Positions 18,965 to 29,069 of a stretch of DNA of 64,000 nt are shown here, one piece after another. The notes under the pieces are model-generated. The model was not told where the DNA came from. It saw only the letters and a list, made by a program, of their open reading frames with translations, and did not search any database. Both the position numbers and the translations under genes were made by a program. Position 1 is the stretch's first letter. Every line of letters starts with the position of its first letter. Source of the stretch: an uncultured Desulfospira sp. GTDB lineage: Bacteria > Desulfobacterota > Desulfobacteria > Desulfobacterales > Desulfobacteraceae. The DNA lies in assembly GCA_963663165.1 (NCBI GenBank), contig OY760175.1, positions 6,528,001 to 6,592,000 on the forward strand, in the 5' to 3' direction.

Positions 18965-21900
18965 ATGCAAAAGCTAAAACTTTCGGAAGACGGGCGCCCG
19001 GGCAAACATAGGGCGCTTGTTATCGGCGGCGGTGTAGGCGGAATCCGGGCTGCGCTTGACCTGGCAGAATCCAGGCGGGATGTCGTGCTCATAGACAAAT
19101 CATATTCTATCGGGGGGATCATGACCCAGCTGGACCGGACATTCCCCACCAATAACTGTGATTTATGTTCGGTTTCTTCTTACTTGTCCCAGGAATCCGG
19201 AAAGGCGTATTTTGATATTAAGCCCATGACGCGGCTTGAGCGCCTTGAAGGAGAGGCCGGCAACTTTAAGGCCACCCTGGTGACAGAACCTAGATTTATT
19301 GACATTGACAAATGTACGGCCTGCGGAGAGTGTGCCAAGAAATTCCCCGAGGCTGTCCGGTTTACCCCGGGACTGGATCCAAGGGCGCCCACCTGTATGA
19401 GATACCCCCAGGCAACGCCCTATGCCTATTCCATCGATATGGGCAAGGTCGATGATATTGCAAAGATTCAGGAAGTCTGTAAGGCCAACGCCATCGTGCC
19501 CGACGATGAGGCAAAAGAAATTACCATGGATGTGGCCTCTGTTGTTCTGAGCATGGGGGCTGAGCTTTTTGAACCTTCTGTGCTGGATAACTATGGGGGC
19601 GGAAAGCTTGATAACGTGGTGACCGGGCTTGAGTATGAACGGATCATGTCTGCCTCCGGGCCCTTCCAGGGAAATCTGGTGCGGCGGTCTGACCAGCAGA
19701 AACCCAAACGGGTGGCCTGGATCCAGTGTGTGGGATCAAGGGGGATCAACCGGGCCGATGTGCCTTATTGTTCCAGCGTCTGTTGTATGTATGCCCTCAA
19801 AGAGGCCATGGTGACCAAAGAGAGATTCGGTGACGACATTGAAACCACCATCTTTTATATGGACATGAGAACCCATGGCAAAGGGTATGAAGCCCTTTTC
19901 GACCGGGCCAAAAACGAGATGAACGTGGAAATGGTCCGTTGCAAACCCCATACCATTACCGAGGATTCCGAAACCAAGAACCTGAACATTACCTATGCCC
20001 TTGAGGACAATGGCGGCCAGCAGATCCGGGAATTTGACATGGTGGTGCTGTCCACGGGATTTCGCATGACCCAGGAGAATGTCGAACTGGCCGGAAAACT
20101 GGGCATAGACCTTAACGACCACCAGTTTGCCGCAACCGATCCCTTTAACCCGGCCAAAACCTCCAAACCCGGTGTTTATGTCTGTGGTGTTTACGAAAGC
20201 CCCAAAGATATTCCCGAGACCATGGTTCAGGCCAGTGCTGCAGCCTGTCTGGCTGCCGCCGATATTCCTGGCGGCCTCCCGGAACCGGAAGAGGAAATCC
20301 TTTTTCCGCCGGAAAGAGACATCACGGCTGAAGATCCCAAAATCGGCGTGTTCATTTGTGATTGCGACGGTGAAATCGGTTCGGTCCTGGATATCAACAA
20401 AATCGTGGAATATGCCGGTACGGTTCCGGATGTTGCCGTGGCCAAGGTCCTGGCTGATTATGGCTGTACTGACGAGTCCATGGCACAGATCGAATCCTTG
20501 ATCAAAGAAAATAACCTGAACCGGGTAGTCATCGGCGGAACTTCCCCGAGAACCCACGAAATTAAATTCCAGGAGCTTCTCAGAAGGGCCGGCTTAAACA
20601 AATACCTACTTGAAATGGTCAACTTAAGGGACCAGGTGGCCTGGGCCCATGCGGCGCAGCCTGAGCAGGCCCTTGAAAAGGCCGTTAAACTGATTCAGGT
20701 GGGCATCGCCGGGGTCAGGAGCAGTCGTCCCCTGACAGACACCGTTCTTCCCATGACCCGGACAGCCCTGGTGGTCGGCGGCGGCGTGACCGGCATGAGT
20801 GCGGCCCTTGAACTGGCTGATCAGGGAATTCAGGTCAACCTGGTTGAAAAGGATCAGGCCCTGGGCGGCCTTGCCCGTTCCATCGCCAAAACCATTGAAG
20901 GTGAAGCCGTGGCCCCCTTTGTCAAGGATCTTTCCGACAAGGTAACGGCCCATGACAAAATTGAGGTCATGACCGGGGCAACCGTGGTTGATCATTACGG
21001 GGTTCCCGGAAAGTTCACCACTTCAGTTCTGACCCAAGGCCAGGATACACCGGTTAAGATAGAGCACGGGGTGGCCATCCTCGCCACCGGCGCCCTTGCC
21101 AACCGGCCCGACGAGTACGGCCTGAACCAGTATGAGCAGGTGGTCACCCAGCTGGATCTGGACAGCATTCTTGAGGATGATCCGGACAAGATTAAAGCCA
21201 TGGACCAGGTGGTGATGATTCAGTGTGTGGGATCCCGTGAAGGGGCTAACCCCAATTGTTCCAGGATCTGCTGCCAGGCGGCCATGAAAAATGCCCTGCG
21301 CTTAAAGGAAATTAACCCGGATATTGATGTATTTGTACTTTACCGGGATATCCGGACTTACGGGTTCATGGAAGACTACTACCGGCAGGCCAGAAACCTG
21401 GGAGTCCAGTTTATCCGCTTTACCCTTGATTCCAAACCGGTTGTTGAACAAGAAGACGGGCAGCTCACGGTTCAGGTTTATGACGGCATTCTTGGCATGG
21501 ACATCAAGATACCGGCAGACTGCGTGGCTTTAAGCACCGGTCCTGTGGCCAATGTTGAAACCACAAAGGCATTGTCCACCATCTTCCATGTTCCCACAAC
21601 AGAGGATAACTTTTTCCTGGAAGACCATATCAAGCTTCGCCCGGTGGATATGGCCTTAAAAGGGTTCTTTGTTGCCGGCACGGCCCATTCTCCCAAACTG
21701 ATCCGGGAGAGTATTACCCAGGCTGATGCCGTGGCCGGCAGGGCGTTAACCTTCCTTGCCAAGGGGCAAGTCAACCTTGGCGCTGCCGTTGCCACGGTGG
21801 ACGGAACCAAATGTGCGGCCTGTCTGATCTGCGTTCGGGCATGTCCCTTTGGGGTTCCCGTAATTAACGCTGAGGGGTATTCACAGATCGATCCGGACAA

Positions 21901-22018
21901 ATGCCAGGGATGCGGCGTCTGCGCTGCCGAATGTCCGGCCAAGGCCATTCAGCTGTCGGCCTATGAAGACGATCAGATTCTGGCAAAATTAGACGGATTA
22001 TTTGAGAGGTATAACTAA
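18965..22018 (+). CDS. hdrA: Heterodisulfide reductase subunit A-like protein with two tandem HdrA FAD modules
   Basis: Two GGGxxG FAD motifs, LDRTFPTNNC, WIQCVGSR..CSSVCCM, MIQCVGSR..CSRICC, C-terminal CAACLIC..CP and CQGCGVC..CP. Confidence 0.93.
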   Translation: MQKLKLSEDGRPGKHRALVIGGGVGGIRAALDLAESRRDVVLIDKSYSIGGIMTQLDRTFPTNNCDLCSVSSYLSQESGKAYFDIKPMTRLERLEGEAGNFKATLVTEPRFIDIDKCTACGECAKKFPEAVRFTPGLDPRAPTCMRYPQATPYAYSIDMGKVDDIAKIQEVCKANAIVPDDEAKEITMDVASVVLSMGAELFEPSVLDNYGGGKLDNVVTGLEYERIMSASGPFQGNLVRRSDQQKPKRVAWIQCVGSRGINRADVPYCSSVCCMYALKEAMVTKERFGDDIETTIFYMDMRTHGKGYEALFDRAKNEMNVEMVRCKPHTITEDSETKNLNITYALEDNGGQQIREFDMVVLSTGFRMTQENVELAGKLGIDLNDHQFAATDPFNPAKTSKPGVYVCGVYESPKDIPETMVQASAAACLAAADIPGGLPEPEEEILFPPERDITAEDPKIGVFICDCDGEIGSVLDINKIVEYAGTVPDVAVAKVLADYGCTDESMAQIESLIKENNLNRVVIGGTSPRTHEIKFQELLRRAGLNKYLLEMVNLRDQVAWAHAAQPEQALEKAVKLIQVGIAGVRSSRPLTDTVLPMTRTALVVGGGVTGMSAALELADQGIQVNLVEKDQALGGLARSIAKTIEGEAVAPFVKDLSDKVTAHDKIEVMTGATVVDHYGVPGKFTTSVLTQGQDTPVKIEHGVAILATGALANRPDEYGLNQYEQVVTQLDLDSILEDDPDKIKAMDQVVMIQCVGSREGANPNCSRICCQAAMKNALRLKEINPDIDVFVLYRDIRTYGFMEDYYRQARNLGVQFIRFTLDSKPVVEQEDGQLTVQVYDGILGMDIKIPADCVALSTGPVANVETTKALSTIFHVPTTEDNFFLEDHIKLRPVDMALKGFFVAGTAHSPKLIRESITQADAVAGRALTFLAKGQVNLGAAVATVDGTKCAACLICVRACPFGVPVINAEGYSQIDPDKCQGCGVCAAECPAKAIQLSAYEDDQILAKLDGLFERYN

Positions 22019-22455
22019 TGGAAAATTTTGAACCGGAAATAGTGGCTTTCTGTTGCCATTACTGCGCCTATACAGCCGCAGATATGGCCGGTACCAGACG
22101 GGTATCCTACCCGCCCAACGTCAAAATCATCCGGGTGCCCTGTTCAGGCAAGGTAGATGCCATTCATATCATGAAGGCCCTTGAAAAAGGGGCTGATGGC
22201 GTGTTTGTGGGCGGGTGCCTGGACGGCGACTGTCATTTTAAAAACGGCAATACCCGGGCCGATGCCAGGGTTCTAAGGGTTAAAGCCTGTCTGGAAAGCA
22301 TTGGATGGGAACCGGAACGGGTTGCGATGGTAAAATTGTCTGCCGGCATGGGCGAGGGGTTTGCCAAGACGGCTGCCGACTTTACTGAAACCATAAAGAA
22401 ACTGGGCCCTAACCCCTGCAGACCGTCAGGGTTGGATGCCAAGGCCGCCAGTTAA
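22018..22455 (+). CDS. mvhD: MvhD/FlpD [2Fe-2S] subunit
   Basis: FEPEIVAFCCHYCAYTAADMAG, RVPCSGKVD, GADGVFVGGCLDGDCHF. Confidence 0.95.
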   Translation: MENFEPEIVAFCCHYCAYTAADMAGTRRVSYPPNVKIIRVPCSGKVDAIHIMKALEKGADGVFVGGCLDGDCHFKNGNTRADARVLRVKACLESIGWEPERVAMVKLSAGMGEGFAKTAADFTETIKKLGPNPCRPSGLDAKAAS

Positions 22456-22480
22456 ATTTTGAATTTTTGGAGATAAAAAC

Positions 22481-23146
22481 ATGATTACTGCAGAACAAAA
22501 ACCCATACAGGAAATCATCCAGTATATTGCGCCTTACAGCAAAATTCTTCTGGTTGGCTGCAATGAATGTGTCACCGTCTGTTCAGCCGGCGGAAGAAAA
22601 GAAGTCGGACTTCTGGCCTCTGCCCTTCGCCTGGACGCCCAGAAACAGGGAAAAGAGCTTGATATTCAGGAAATCACCCTGGAACGGCAATGTGACCCCG
22701 AATATGTTGAAGAACTGCTCGCCAGCATTGATGGCGTGGAAGCGGTTGTATCCATGGCCTGCGGCTGCGGCGTTCAGACCGTTGCCGCCCGGTATGAAAA
22801 AACCCCGGTTTTTCCGGCGGTGAACACCAAGTTCATGGGCGCATCTGAAAGCCAGGGCGTCTGGGGCGAACGCTGTCAAGGCTGCGGCGACTGCATGCTG
22901 GGCATTACCGGCGGGATCTGTCCGGTGGCCCGCTGTTCAAAGAGCCTTCTTAACGGTCCCTGCGGCGGAACGTCCAACGGCCAGTGCGAAATCAGCCCGG
23001 ATGTGGACTGTGCCTGGCGCCTGATCTGGGAGCGGCTGGTCGCTTTAGGGATTCAGGACCGGTATGAGGAACTCAATGCAGCAAAAGACTGGCGGCCTGC
23101 TGGCGGCGGTGGACCCAGAAAAATTATCAGGGAGGACTTGGCATAA
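22481..23146 (+). CDS. metV: Methylenetetrahydrofolate reductase Fe-S/Zn partner subunit (MTHFR_C domain)
   Basis: GCNECVTVC..GG, ACGCGVQ, CQGCGDC..TGGICPVARCSKSLLNGPCGG..CE..CAW. Confidence 0.9.
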   Translation: MITAEQKPIQEIIQYIAPYSKILLVGCNECVTVCSAGGRKEVGLLASALRLDAQKQGKELDIQEITLERQCDPEYVEELLASIDGVEAVVSMACGCGVQTVAARYEKTPVFPAVNTKFMGASESQGVWGERCQGCGDCMLGITGGICPVARCSKSLLNGPCGGTSNGQCEISPDVDCAWRLIWERLVALGIQDRYEELNAAKDWRPAGGGGPRKIIREDLA

Positions 23147-24069
23147 TGAAAACTGAAAGCAGATTAGAAAAAGTATTTGCCTCCGGGGCTCTGGCAGTAA
23201 CCTCTGAAGTCGGTCCGCCAAGAGGCTGCAATGTCGAGATCGTCAAGGAAAAAGCCAACCTGATCAAAGATTATTGTGACGGCATCAACATCACTGACAA
23301 CCAGACCGCCATGGTCCGGATGTCCTCCATTGCCGGCGGCGTGATCATCAAACAAATGGGTCTTGATCCCATCATCCAGATGGTATCCAGGGACAGAAAC
23401 CGGCTGGCCATGCAGGCCGACATCATCGGTGCCTATGCCCTTGGCATCAACACCATGCTCTGCCTTTCCGGCGACCATCCCAAATTCGGCGATCATCCCG
23501 AAGCCAAAGGGGTTTTCGATATTGATTCAGTCAATATGATCAAAATGGTCAAAGACATGAGAGATGAGAGTAAATTCCAGGGCGGGGCAGAGATCAAAAT
23601 ACCGCCCAAGATGTTCATCGGTGCGGCTGCCAACCCCTTTGCCGATCCCTTTGAACTGCGGGTCATGCGCCTGGCCAAAAAGGTTGCCGCAGGTGTTGAT
23701 TTCATTCAGACCCAGTGTATTTTCAACATGGACAAGTTTGAAAAATGGATGGAAGGGGTCAGAGACCGCGGGCTGGACAAAAAAGTCAAAATCCTGGCCG
23801 GTATCACCCCCATGAAGTCCCTGGGCATGGCCAAATACATGAAAAACAAAGTGCCTGGAATGGACGTGCCTGATGAGGTCATTGACCGTCTGGCCGGTGT
23901 TTCCAAGGAACAGCAGCCTGAAGAGGGCATTAAAATGGCCGTTGAGCAGATGGAACGTCTCAAAGAGTGCAAAGGCGTTGCAGGCTTCCATATCATGGCC
24001 ATTGAATGGGAAAAACGGGTACCAGAGATCGTTGAAAAAGCCGGTCTGTATCCCAGACCCCAGGTCTAA
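23146..24069 (+). CDS. metF: 5,10-methylenetetrahydrofolate reductase
   Basis: TSEVGPPRG, NITDNQTAMVRMSS, RDRNRLAMQ, LSGDHP, KKVAAGVDFIQTQ. Confidence 0.96.
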   Translation: MKTESRLEKVFASGALAVTSEVGPPRGCNVEIVKEKANLIKDYCDGINITDNQTAMVRMSSIAGGVIIKQMGLDPIIQMVSRDRNRLAMQADIIGAYALGINTMLCLSGDHPKFGDHPEAKGVFDIDSVNMIKMVKDMRDESKFQGGAEIKIPPKMFIGAAANPFADPFELRVMRLAKKVAAGVDFIQTQCIFNMDKFEKWMEGVRDRGLDKKVKILAGITPMKSLGMAKYMKNKVPGMDVPDEVIDRLAGVSKEQQPEEGIKMAVEQMERLKECKGVAGFHIMAIEWEKRVPEIVEKAGLYPRPQV

Positions 24070-24139
24070 TACCAGGTATAACTGACAGATAAGCCCTTTA
24101 AGCGGCGGTTTCATTCGCCGTCCGGGCCATTTTAAAGAT

Positions 24140-24184
24140 AAACAGCAGGAAAGCGTTTAGACGCTTTCCTGCTGTTTTGTTTTA
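24140..24184 (+). terminator. Intrinsic terminator after metF
   Basis: AAACAGCAGGAAAGCGT-TTAG-ACGCTTTCCTGCTGTTT followed by a T-rich tract. Confidence 0.85.
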
Positions 24185-24241
24185 TTATAGCAGCCTGTCC
24201 AGGCCGGAGCCCTTAAGCGGCTGCCACAGAATTTTGGATAT

Positions 24242-24279
24242 AAAAAAAGGCTTTCAAGAAAAATTCTTAAAAGCCTTTA
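24242..24279 (-). terminator. Intrinsic terminator after tRNA-Gln
   Basis: AAAGGCTTT..AAAGCCTTT stem with an A7 run on + (U-tract on the minus strand). Confidence 0.7.
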
Positions 24280-24286
24280 TATTCGG

Positions 24287-24360
24287 TGGCTGGCTGACTA
24301 GGATTCGAACCTAGATTGACGGAGTCAGAGTCCGTAGTCCTGCCGTTGGACGATCAGCCA
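24287..24360 (-). tRNA. tRNA-Gln, anticodon CUG
   Basis: Reverse complement folds as TGGCTGA/TCAGCCA acceptor, GTCC/GGAC D-arm, ACGGA-CT CTG AC-TCCGT anticodon arm, CTAGG-TTCGAAT-CCTAG T-arm, encoded CCA. Confidence 0.97.
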
Positions 24361-24379
24361 GTAAAATTAATGTTCGAGG

Positions 24380-24408
24380 TTTATACAACAAAGACCCCCA
24401 CGAGTCAA
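24380..24408 (-). promoter_or_regulatory. sigma70-type promoter of tRNA-Gln
   Basis: Minus strand TTGACT-17 nt-TATAAA about 20 nt upstream of the tRNA. Confidence 0.75.
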
Positions 24409-24611
24409 GGCATATATAAAAAAACATCCGGGGGAAGGCGTGTCATTTGCTTCACCCGGTCAACACCGCCCACAAATTGAACGAAAAAAGCAGGTTTGCC
24501 CAGCCTGTATCAATTGTGGTAGAGTGCGTTAAACCGTTTTAAAAATAAGGTGGCAGGAGAGGGGGGCAAGCCCTAAAGCATGCTTTGTATTTTTATACCA
24601 TGGAGGAAAGT

Positions 24612-24905
24612 ATGGCTGTTACGGTGTTGATCAAACGAAAAGTCAGTCCCGGGAAAGGCGAAGAGATGGAAAATCTTTACAAGGAACTTATTGCCCAGGC
24701 GGTTAAACAGGAAGGATATCTTGGGGCCGAGACATTCCGGCGCCTGGATGTAGATGATGCATACCTGGTGATCAGCCGCTGGCAAACAGTTGAGGACTGG
24801 TCCAGATGGCTGGTCAGCGAAGATAGAAGGGCTTACCAGGACCGGATTGACGGCCTGACCGGTGCCACCACCAAATTTGAAATCTATGAGACCGCTTCTC
24901 TTTAA
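24612..24905 (+). CDS. Antibiotic-biosynthesis-monooxygenase (ABM, dimeric alpha-beta barrel) family protein
   Basis: A..QEGYLGAET..YLVISRWQTVEDWSRWLVSEDR; start set at ATG 24612 after GGAGG. Confidence 0.85.
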   Translation: MAVTVLIKRKVSPGKGEEMENLYKELIAQAVKQEGYLGAETFRRLDVDDAYLVISRWQTVEDWSRWLVSEDRRAYQDRIDGLTGATTKFEIYETASL

Positions 24906-24978
24906 AAAAAAGTATCGCAAGCCCTGAACAGTCTTTTTATAGAGTTAAAAAAGCACCGGGGCGGGGTGACGTGGTTAA

Positions 24979-25025
24979 CCTCTCTCAAGGCGTTAAAGTA
25001 AACCGTTTTTAGGCCTTGAGAGAGG
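24979..25025. terminator. Hairpin between the convergent ABM gene and ndk
   Basis: 13-bp perfect IR CCTCTCTCAAGGC / GCCTTGAGAGAGG. Confidence 0.6.
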
Positions 25026-25047
25026 GAAAAGGGCGGGAAAAGAGAGA

Positions 25048-25467
25048 TTAACGGGCCTGGATTTCCAGGGCGTTGAAAAAATAACCAATTTCAAAGGCGG
25101 CGGTTTCAGGGGCATCAGAACCGTGGACCACGTTTTTTTCTATATCTGTGGCATATTCGCGCCGGATGGTGCCTTCTTCTGCTTCCTTGAAGTTGGTGGC
25201 CCCCATCAGTTTTCTGTTTTTGGCAATCACGTCTTCACCTTCCAGTACCATGACGACGATGGGGCCTGAGGTCATAAAATCGGTGAGGCTGTCAAAAAAG
25301 GGGCGTTCCTTGTGAACCGCATAAAACCCTTGGGCCTGGGGTTTGGTCAGGTGGATCATTTTCATGGCGGCAATTTTGATGCCGTTGGACTCAAAGCGTT
25401 TGATCACTTCTCCGATGATGTTTTTTTCAACACCATCGGGTTTGATGATGGATAAAGTTCTTTCCAT
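25048..25467 (-). CDS. ndk: Nucleoside-diphosphate kinase
   Basis: [30 protein letters not shown]. Confidence 0.99.
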   Translation of the reverse strand: MERTLSIIKPDGVEKNIIGEVIKRFESNGIKIAAMKMIHLTKPQAQGFYAVHKERPFFDSLTDFMTSGPIVVMVLEGEDVIAKNRKLMGATNFKEAEEGTIRREYATDIEKNVVHGSDAPETAAFEIGYFFNALEIQAR

Positions 25468-25710
25468 GGCGTTTATTTTCCTTTTTTATATCCGGTTAAA
25501 ATGGTCTGTCAAATGTCTGTTAAAACGGGCTTGCAACGTAGCACAGGTCAGGATAAAAATCAATGATCGGGGATCGAACCAAAGGGTGATTGCACGTAAC
25601 CTGCCTGCCGGTGATGTGAATTTCGATGATAAGGATAATGTATAAAAGGGAAACCGGAAGGAAGGGAGACGGGAGACCGAAACCGTCAAGTTCCCTGGTT
25701 TGAGCGGTAG

Positions 25711-25763
25711 GGTTGGAGCGGGCCATGCCCGCGATCGAATCGCGGGCATGGCCCGCTCCAACC
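25711..25763. repeat. 25-bp perfect inverted repeat (REP doublet-like)
   Basis: GGTTGGAGCGGGCCATGCCCGCGAT-CGA-ATCGCGGGCATGGCCCGCTCCAACC; each arm contains its own GCGGGC/GCCCGC hairpin. Confidence 0.9.
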
Positions 25764-26168
25764 TTGCATTGACCCAAAATGGAGCGATAGATGTCGGATG
25801 CCGGGTTCTCTTGGAGGGCGCATCCGGTCTCCTTCTTCCGGTTTCCGGTCTCCCTACATAATTGGAGTTATCCTTATTCCCCATTCCAGGATGGATTGTT
25901 TTTTTTTACATGCGATGGCCCAGATCGAACCAGACCGGAATAAGTGGACTGCCAGTGCTATGGCCGGGCCTTATAGTGAAACAGACATGACCGGCCGAAG
26001 CTGCGAAAATTAACGCTGGGAAATCTCCTGTTACGATAAGGGGATAGGGACCATTTTTTTGTCGGTTCACCTGGTTATTATCAGGTTGGTTTTGGTTCAT
26101 TCTGCCGGCAGGGCTAAAGGGCGGTACAGTCAGCAGCGCATATATCCGCTGAAATTGAAAAACAAGCC

Positions 26169-26197
26169 TTGACAAGATTCAAATAAAATTTTATAGA
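26169..26197 (+). promoter_or_regulatory. Probable sigma70 promoter of rho
   Basis: TTGACA-17 nt-TATAGA about 175 nt upstream of rho. Confidence 0.55.
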
Positions 26198-26373
26198 TAA
26201 CAACTGTTGATGATAAACTGTCAACTATCTGTCTGTGTTTCCACAGCATTTTAAGACCTTCAAACTGCTAAAAACAGACTGCCAAGTCCAGGGTGCTGTC
26301 CTTGCAATTTGACTAACCAAAAACATAAAACAGATCATCTGATAAAACAATCAATTAAAATCCGGGAGAATGA

Positions 26374-27621
26374 ATGAATCTTGTAGATCTCAATAAGATG
26401 AAAATCAGTGAGCTGACCAAGCTTGCCAAAGAGTACAACATTGAAGGGATCAGCGGGCTGAAAAAACAGGAACTGATTTTCGCCCTGCTTCAGGCCAATA
26501 TCGAAGAAAGCGGCCAGGTTTACGGGGAAGGGACGTTGGAAATTCTCCCGGACGGATTTGGGTTTTTAAGGGCTCCCGGATATAACTATCTGCCCGGACC
26601 GGATGATATTTACGTATCGCCTTCCCAGATCCGGCGGTTTAATTTAAGGACAGGGGATACCATATCCGGTCAGGTTCGCCAGCCAAAAGATTCTGAACGG
26701 TATTTTGCCCTTCTCAAGGTTGAGGCCGTTAATTTTAAAAGCCCTGAACTGGCCGCTGAAACCATACTCTTTGATAATTTGCTCCCCCTGTACCCGGACC
26801 GGAAAATGAACCTGGAGGCAGAGCCTGAAAATTATTCCATGAGGGTGATTGATTTAATGTCCCCCATTGGATTCGGGCAAAGGGGGCTTATCGTATCGCC
26901 GCCTAAAGCCGGTAAAACCATGCTGCTTCAAAATATTGCCAACTCAATGATCAAGGCCCATAAAAATATTGTTCCCATGGTGGTTCTCATTGATGAACGA
27001 CCCGAGGAGGTCACGGACATGGCCCGGTCCGTCAATGCCGAGGTGGTCAGTTCAACTTTTGACGAACCCGCCGAGCGGCACGTGCAGGTAGCGGAAATGG
27101 TCATTGAGAAAGCCAAACGCATCGTAGAGCAGGGATATGATGTGGTGATTCTTCTGGACAGCATCACCCGGCTTGCCCGGGCCTATAACGCAGTCATGCC
27201 GCCGTCGGGAAAAATTCTTTCCGGTGGGGTGGATTCCAATGCCCTGGACCGTCCCAAACGGTTTTTTGGTGCGGCCCGGAACATTGAAGAGGGGGGCAGC
27301 CTGACCATTATTGCAACCGCCCTGATTGATACCGGGTCACGGATGGACGAGGTTATTTTTGAAGAATTCAAGGGAACCGGCAACATGGAGCTGGTCCTTG
27401 ACCGAAAGCTTGCCGACAAGCGGGTGTTCCCGGCCATTGACATCAACAAGTCCGGCACCCGAAAGGAAGAACTGCTGCTTGATCCCATGACCTTGAACCG
27501 GGTGTGGATCTTAAGAAAACTGCTGTCGAGTTTAAATTCTGTGGACAGTATGCAGTTTTTACTTGAAAAAATGCAAGGAACAAAGGATAATAAAGAGTTT
27601 CTTGAATTGATGAATTCTTAA
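26374..27621 (+). CDS. rho: Transcription termination factor Rho
   Basis: [48 protein letters not shown]. Confidence 0.99.
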   Translation: MNLVDLNKMKISELTKLAKEYNIEGISGLKKQELIFALLQANIEESGQVYGEGTLEILPDGFGFLRAPGYNYLPGPDDIYVSPSQIRRFNLRTGDTISGQVRQPKDSERYFALLKVEAVNFKSPELAAETILFDNLLPLYPDRKMNLEAEPENYSMRVIDLMSPIGFGQRGLIVSPPKAGKTMLLQNIANSMIKAHKNIVPMVVLIDERPEEVTDMARSVNAEVVSSTFDEPAERHVQVAEMVIEKAKRIVEQGYDVVILLDSITRLARAYNAVMPPSGKILSGGVDSNALDRPKRFFGAARNIEEGGSLTIIATALIDTGSRMDEVIFEEFKGTGNMELVLDRKLADKRVFPAIDINKSGTRKEELLLDPMTLNRVWILRKLLSSLNSVDSMQFLLEKMQGTKDNKEFLELMNS

Positions 27622-27688
27622 AAGAAAGAGAAACGGTTTATATGAAAGCCTTTATACCGAGGCCAATTTTAAGGAGTTTAAGAGGGAA

Positions 27689-27907
27689 ATGAAAAAAGAC
27701 ATCCATCCGGAATACCACAAAACAACCGCTTCCTGTGCCTGCGGCGCCACCTTTGAAGTAGGCTCTACCAGAGAGAACATCAAGGTTGAAATTTGCTCAA
27801 AATGCCATCCGTTTTTTACCGGAAAGCAGAAGTTGGTTGACTCTGCCGGTAGAATTGACCGGTTTAAAAAGAAATATGCAGGGTTTGACGCAACCAAACT
27901 CGTTTAG
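27689..27907 (+). CDS. rpmE: 50S ribosomal protein L31 (Zn-binding type)
   Basis: [26 protein letters not shown]. Confidence 0.99.
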   Translation: MKKDIHPEYHKTTASCACGATFEVGSTRENIKVEICSKCHPFFTGKQKLVDSAGRIDRFKKKYAGFDATKLV

Positions 27908-27929
27908 CCCAAAAATATCATTCCGTCCG

Positions 27930-27960
27930 AAAAGGGGGCTTGGCAAAAGCTCCCTTTTTG
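27930..27960 (+). terminator. Intrinsic terminator-like hairpin between rpmE and prfA
   Basis: AAAAGGGGGCTT / AAGCTCCCTTTTT. Confidence 0.65.
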
Positions 27961-27994
27961 AATTTAAAGACCTCAAGACACCACCGGTTAAGCC

Positions 27995-29059
27995 ATGATT
28001 GAAAAGCTAAGAGGCATTGAAGAAAGATTTATCAAGCTTGAGCATTTGTTAAGCGATCCTTCGGTCATCAGCGACCAGAAAAAATACCAGGAGTATTTAA
28101 AGGAACACGGAGAGCTGAATAAAATCGTGCCGGTGTTCAGGCAGTATGAAGCCCTGTTGTCTGAAACTAAAGAAACCAAGGAGCTTCTTCGGGATGATGA
28201 TCCGGACATTCGGGAAATGGCCAAGGAAGAACTGCCAGGCCTGGAAAAAAAAGCTCAAGACCTGAAAGCCGAACTTACGGTCCTCCTCATGCCCAAAGAT
28301 CCCAGGGACGAGAAAAATGTCCTGCTTGAAATCAGGGCCGGCACCGGCGGGGAAGAAGCCGGGATCTTTGCCGGAGACCTTTTCAGGATGTATTCCCGGT
28401 ATGCGGAATCCAGGCACTGGAACGTGGAAATTATTGATAAAAATGACTCCAGTTCCGGCGGGTTTAAGGAAGTGGTGTCCCTGGTCAAAGGCAAAGGGGC
28501 CTATTCCTGCTTTAAATATGAGTCCGGCACCCACCGGGTTCAGCGGGTCCCCGAAACCGAGACCCAGGGCCGGGTCCATACCTCTGCGGTGACCGTGGCG
28601 GTTCTGCCCGAGGCCGAAGATATTGATATTGATATCAACCCTGCAGACTTGAGGGTTGATGTATTCCGGTCTTCAGGTCCGGGCGGCCAGTCCGTCAATA
28701 CCACGGATTCTGCGGTCCGGATTACCCATATCCCGACCGGGGTGGTGGCCACCTGCCAGGATGAGAAATCCCAGCATAAAAACAAGGCCAAAGCCATGGG
28801 GGTTCTAAAGTCCCGCCTTCTGGACGCAAAGATCAGGGAGGAAGAGGAAAAACGGTCTGCGGACCGGAAAGGCCAGGTGGGCACCGGAGACCGAAGCGGC
28901 CGGATCCGGACCTATAACTTCCCCCAGGGCCGGATGACGGATCACCGGATCGGCCTGACCCTTTACAAGCTGGACAGCATCATGGAAGGGGATATCCAGG
29001 ACATTATCGACGAACTTAAGACCTATAACCAGGCCCAGGCGCTTAAAGAAAAAAAATAG
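27995..29059 (+). CDS. prfA: Peptide chain release factor 1
   Basis: [19 protein letters not shown] (PxT), [18 protein letters not shown]. Confidence 0.99.
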   Translation: MIEKLRGIEERFIKLEHLLSDPSVISDQKKYQEYLKEHGELNKIVPVFRQYEALLSETKETKELLRDDDPDIREMAKEELPGLEKKAQDLKAELTVLLMPKDPRDEKNVLLEIRAGTGGEEAGIFAGDLFRMYSRYAESRHWNVEIIDKNDSSSGGFKEVVSLVKGKGAYSCFKYESGTHRVQRVPETETQGRVHTSAVTVAVLPEAEDIDIDINPADLRVDVFRSSGPGGQSVNTTDSAVRITHIPTGVVATCQDEKSQHKNKAKAMGVLKSRLLDAKIREEEEKRSADRKGQVGTGDRSGRIRTYNFPQGRMTDHRIGLTLYKLDSIMEGDIQDIIDELKTYNQAQALKEKK

Positions 29060-29069
29060 GCACTGCCTG

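Noticed and set aside
18965..22455. Selenocysteine in HdrA or MvhD
   Set aside because: Both frames are uninterrupted and have Cys codons at the positions that are often Sec
24287..24360. tRNA as an integration site for an island
   Set aside because: No duplicate of the tRNA 3' end or integrase noticed; flanks are housekeeping genes
25486..26175. Short ORFs in the ndk-rho gap
   Set aside because: They run through repeats and palindromes and show no protein-like motifs
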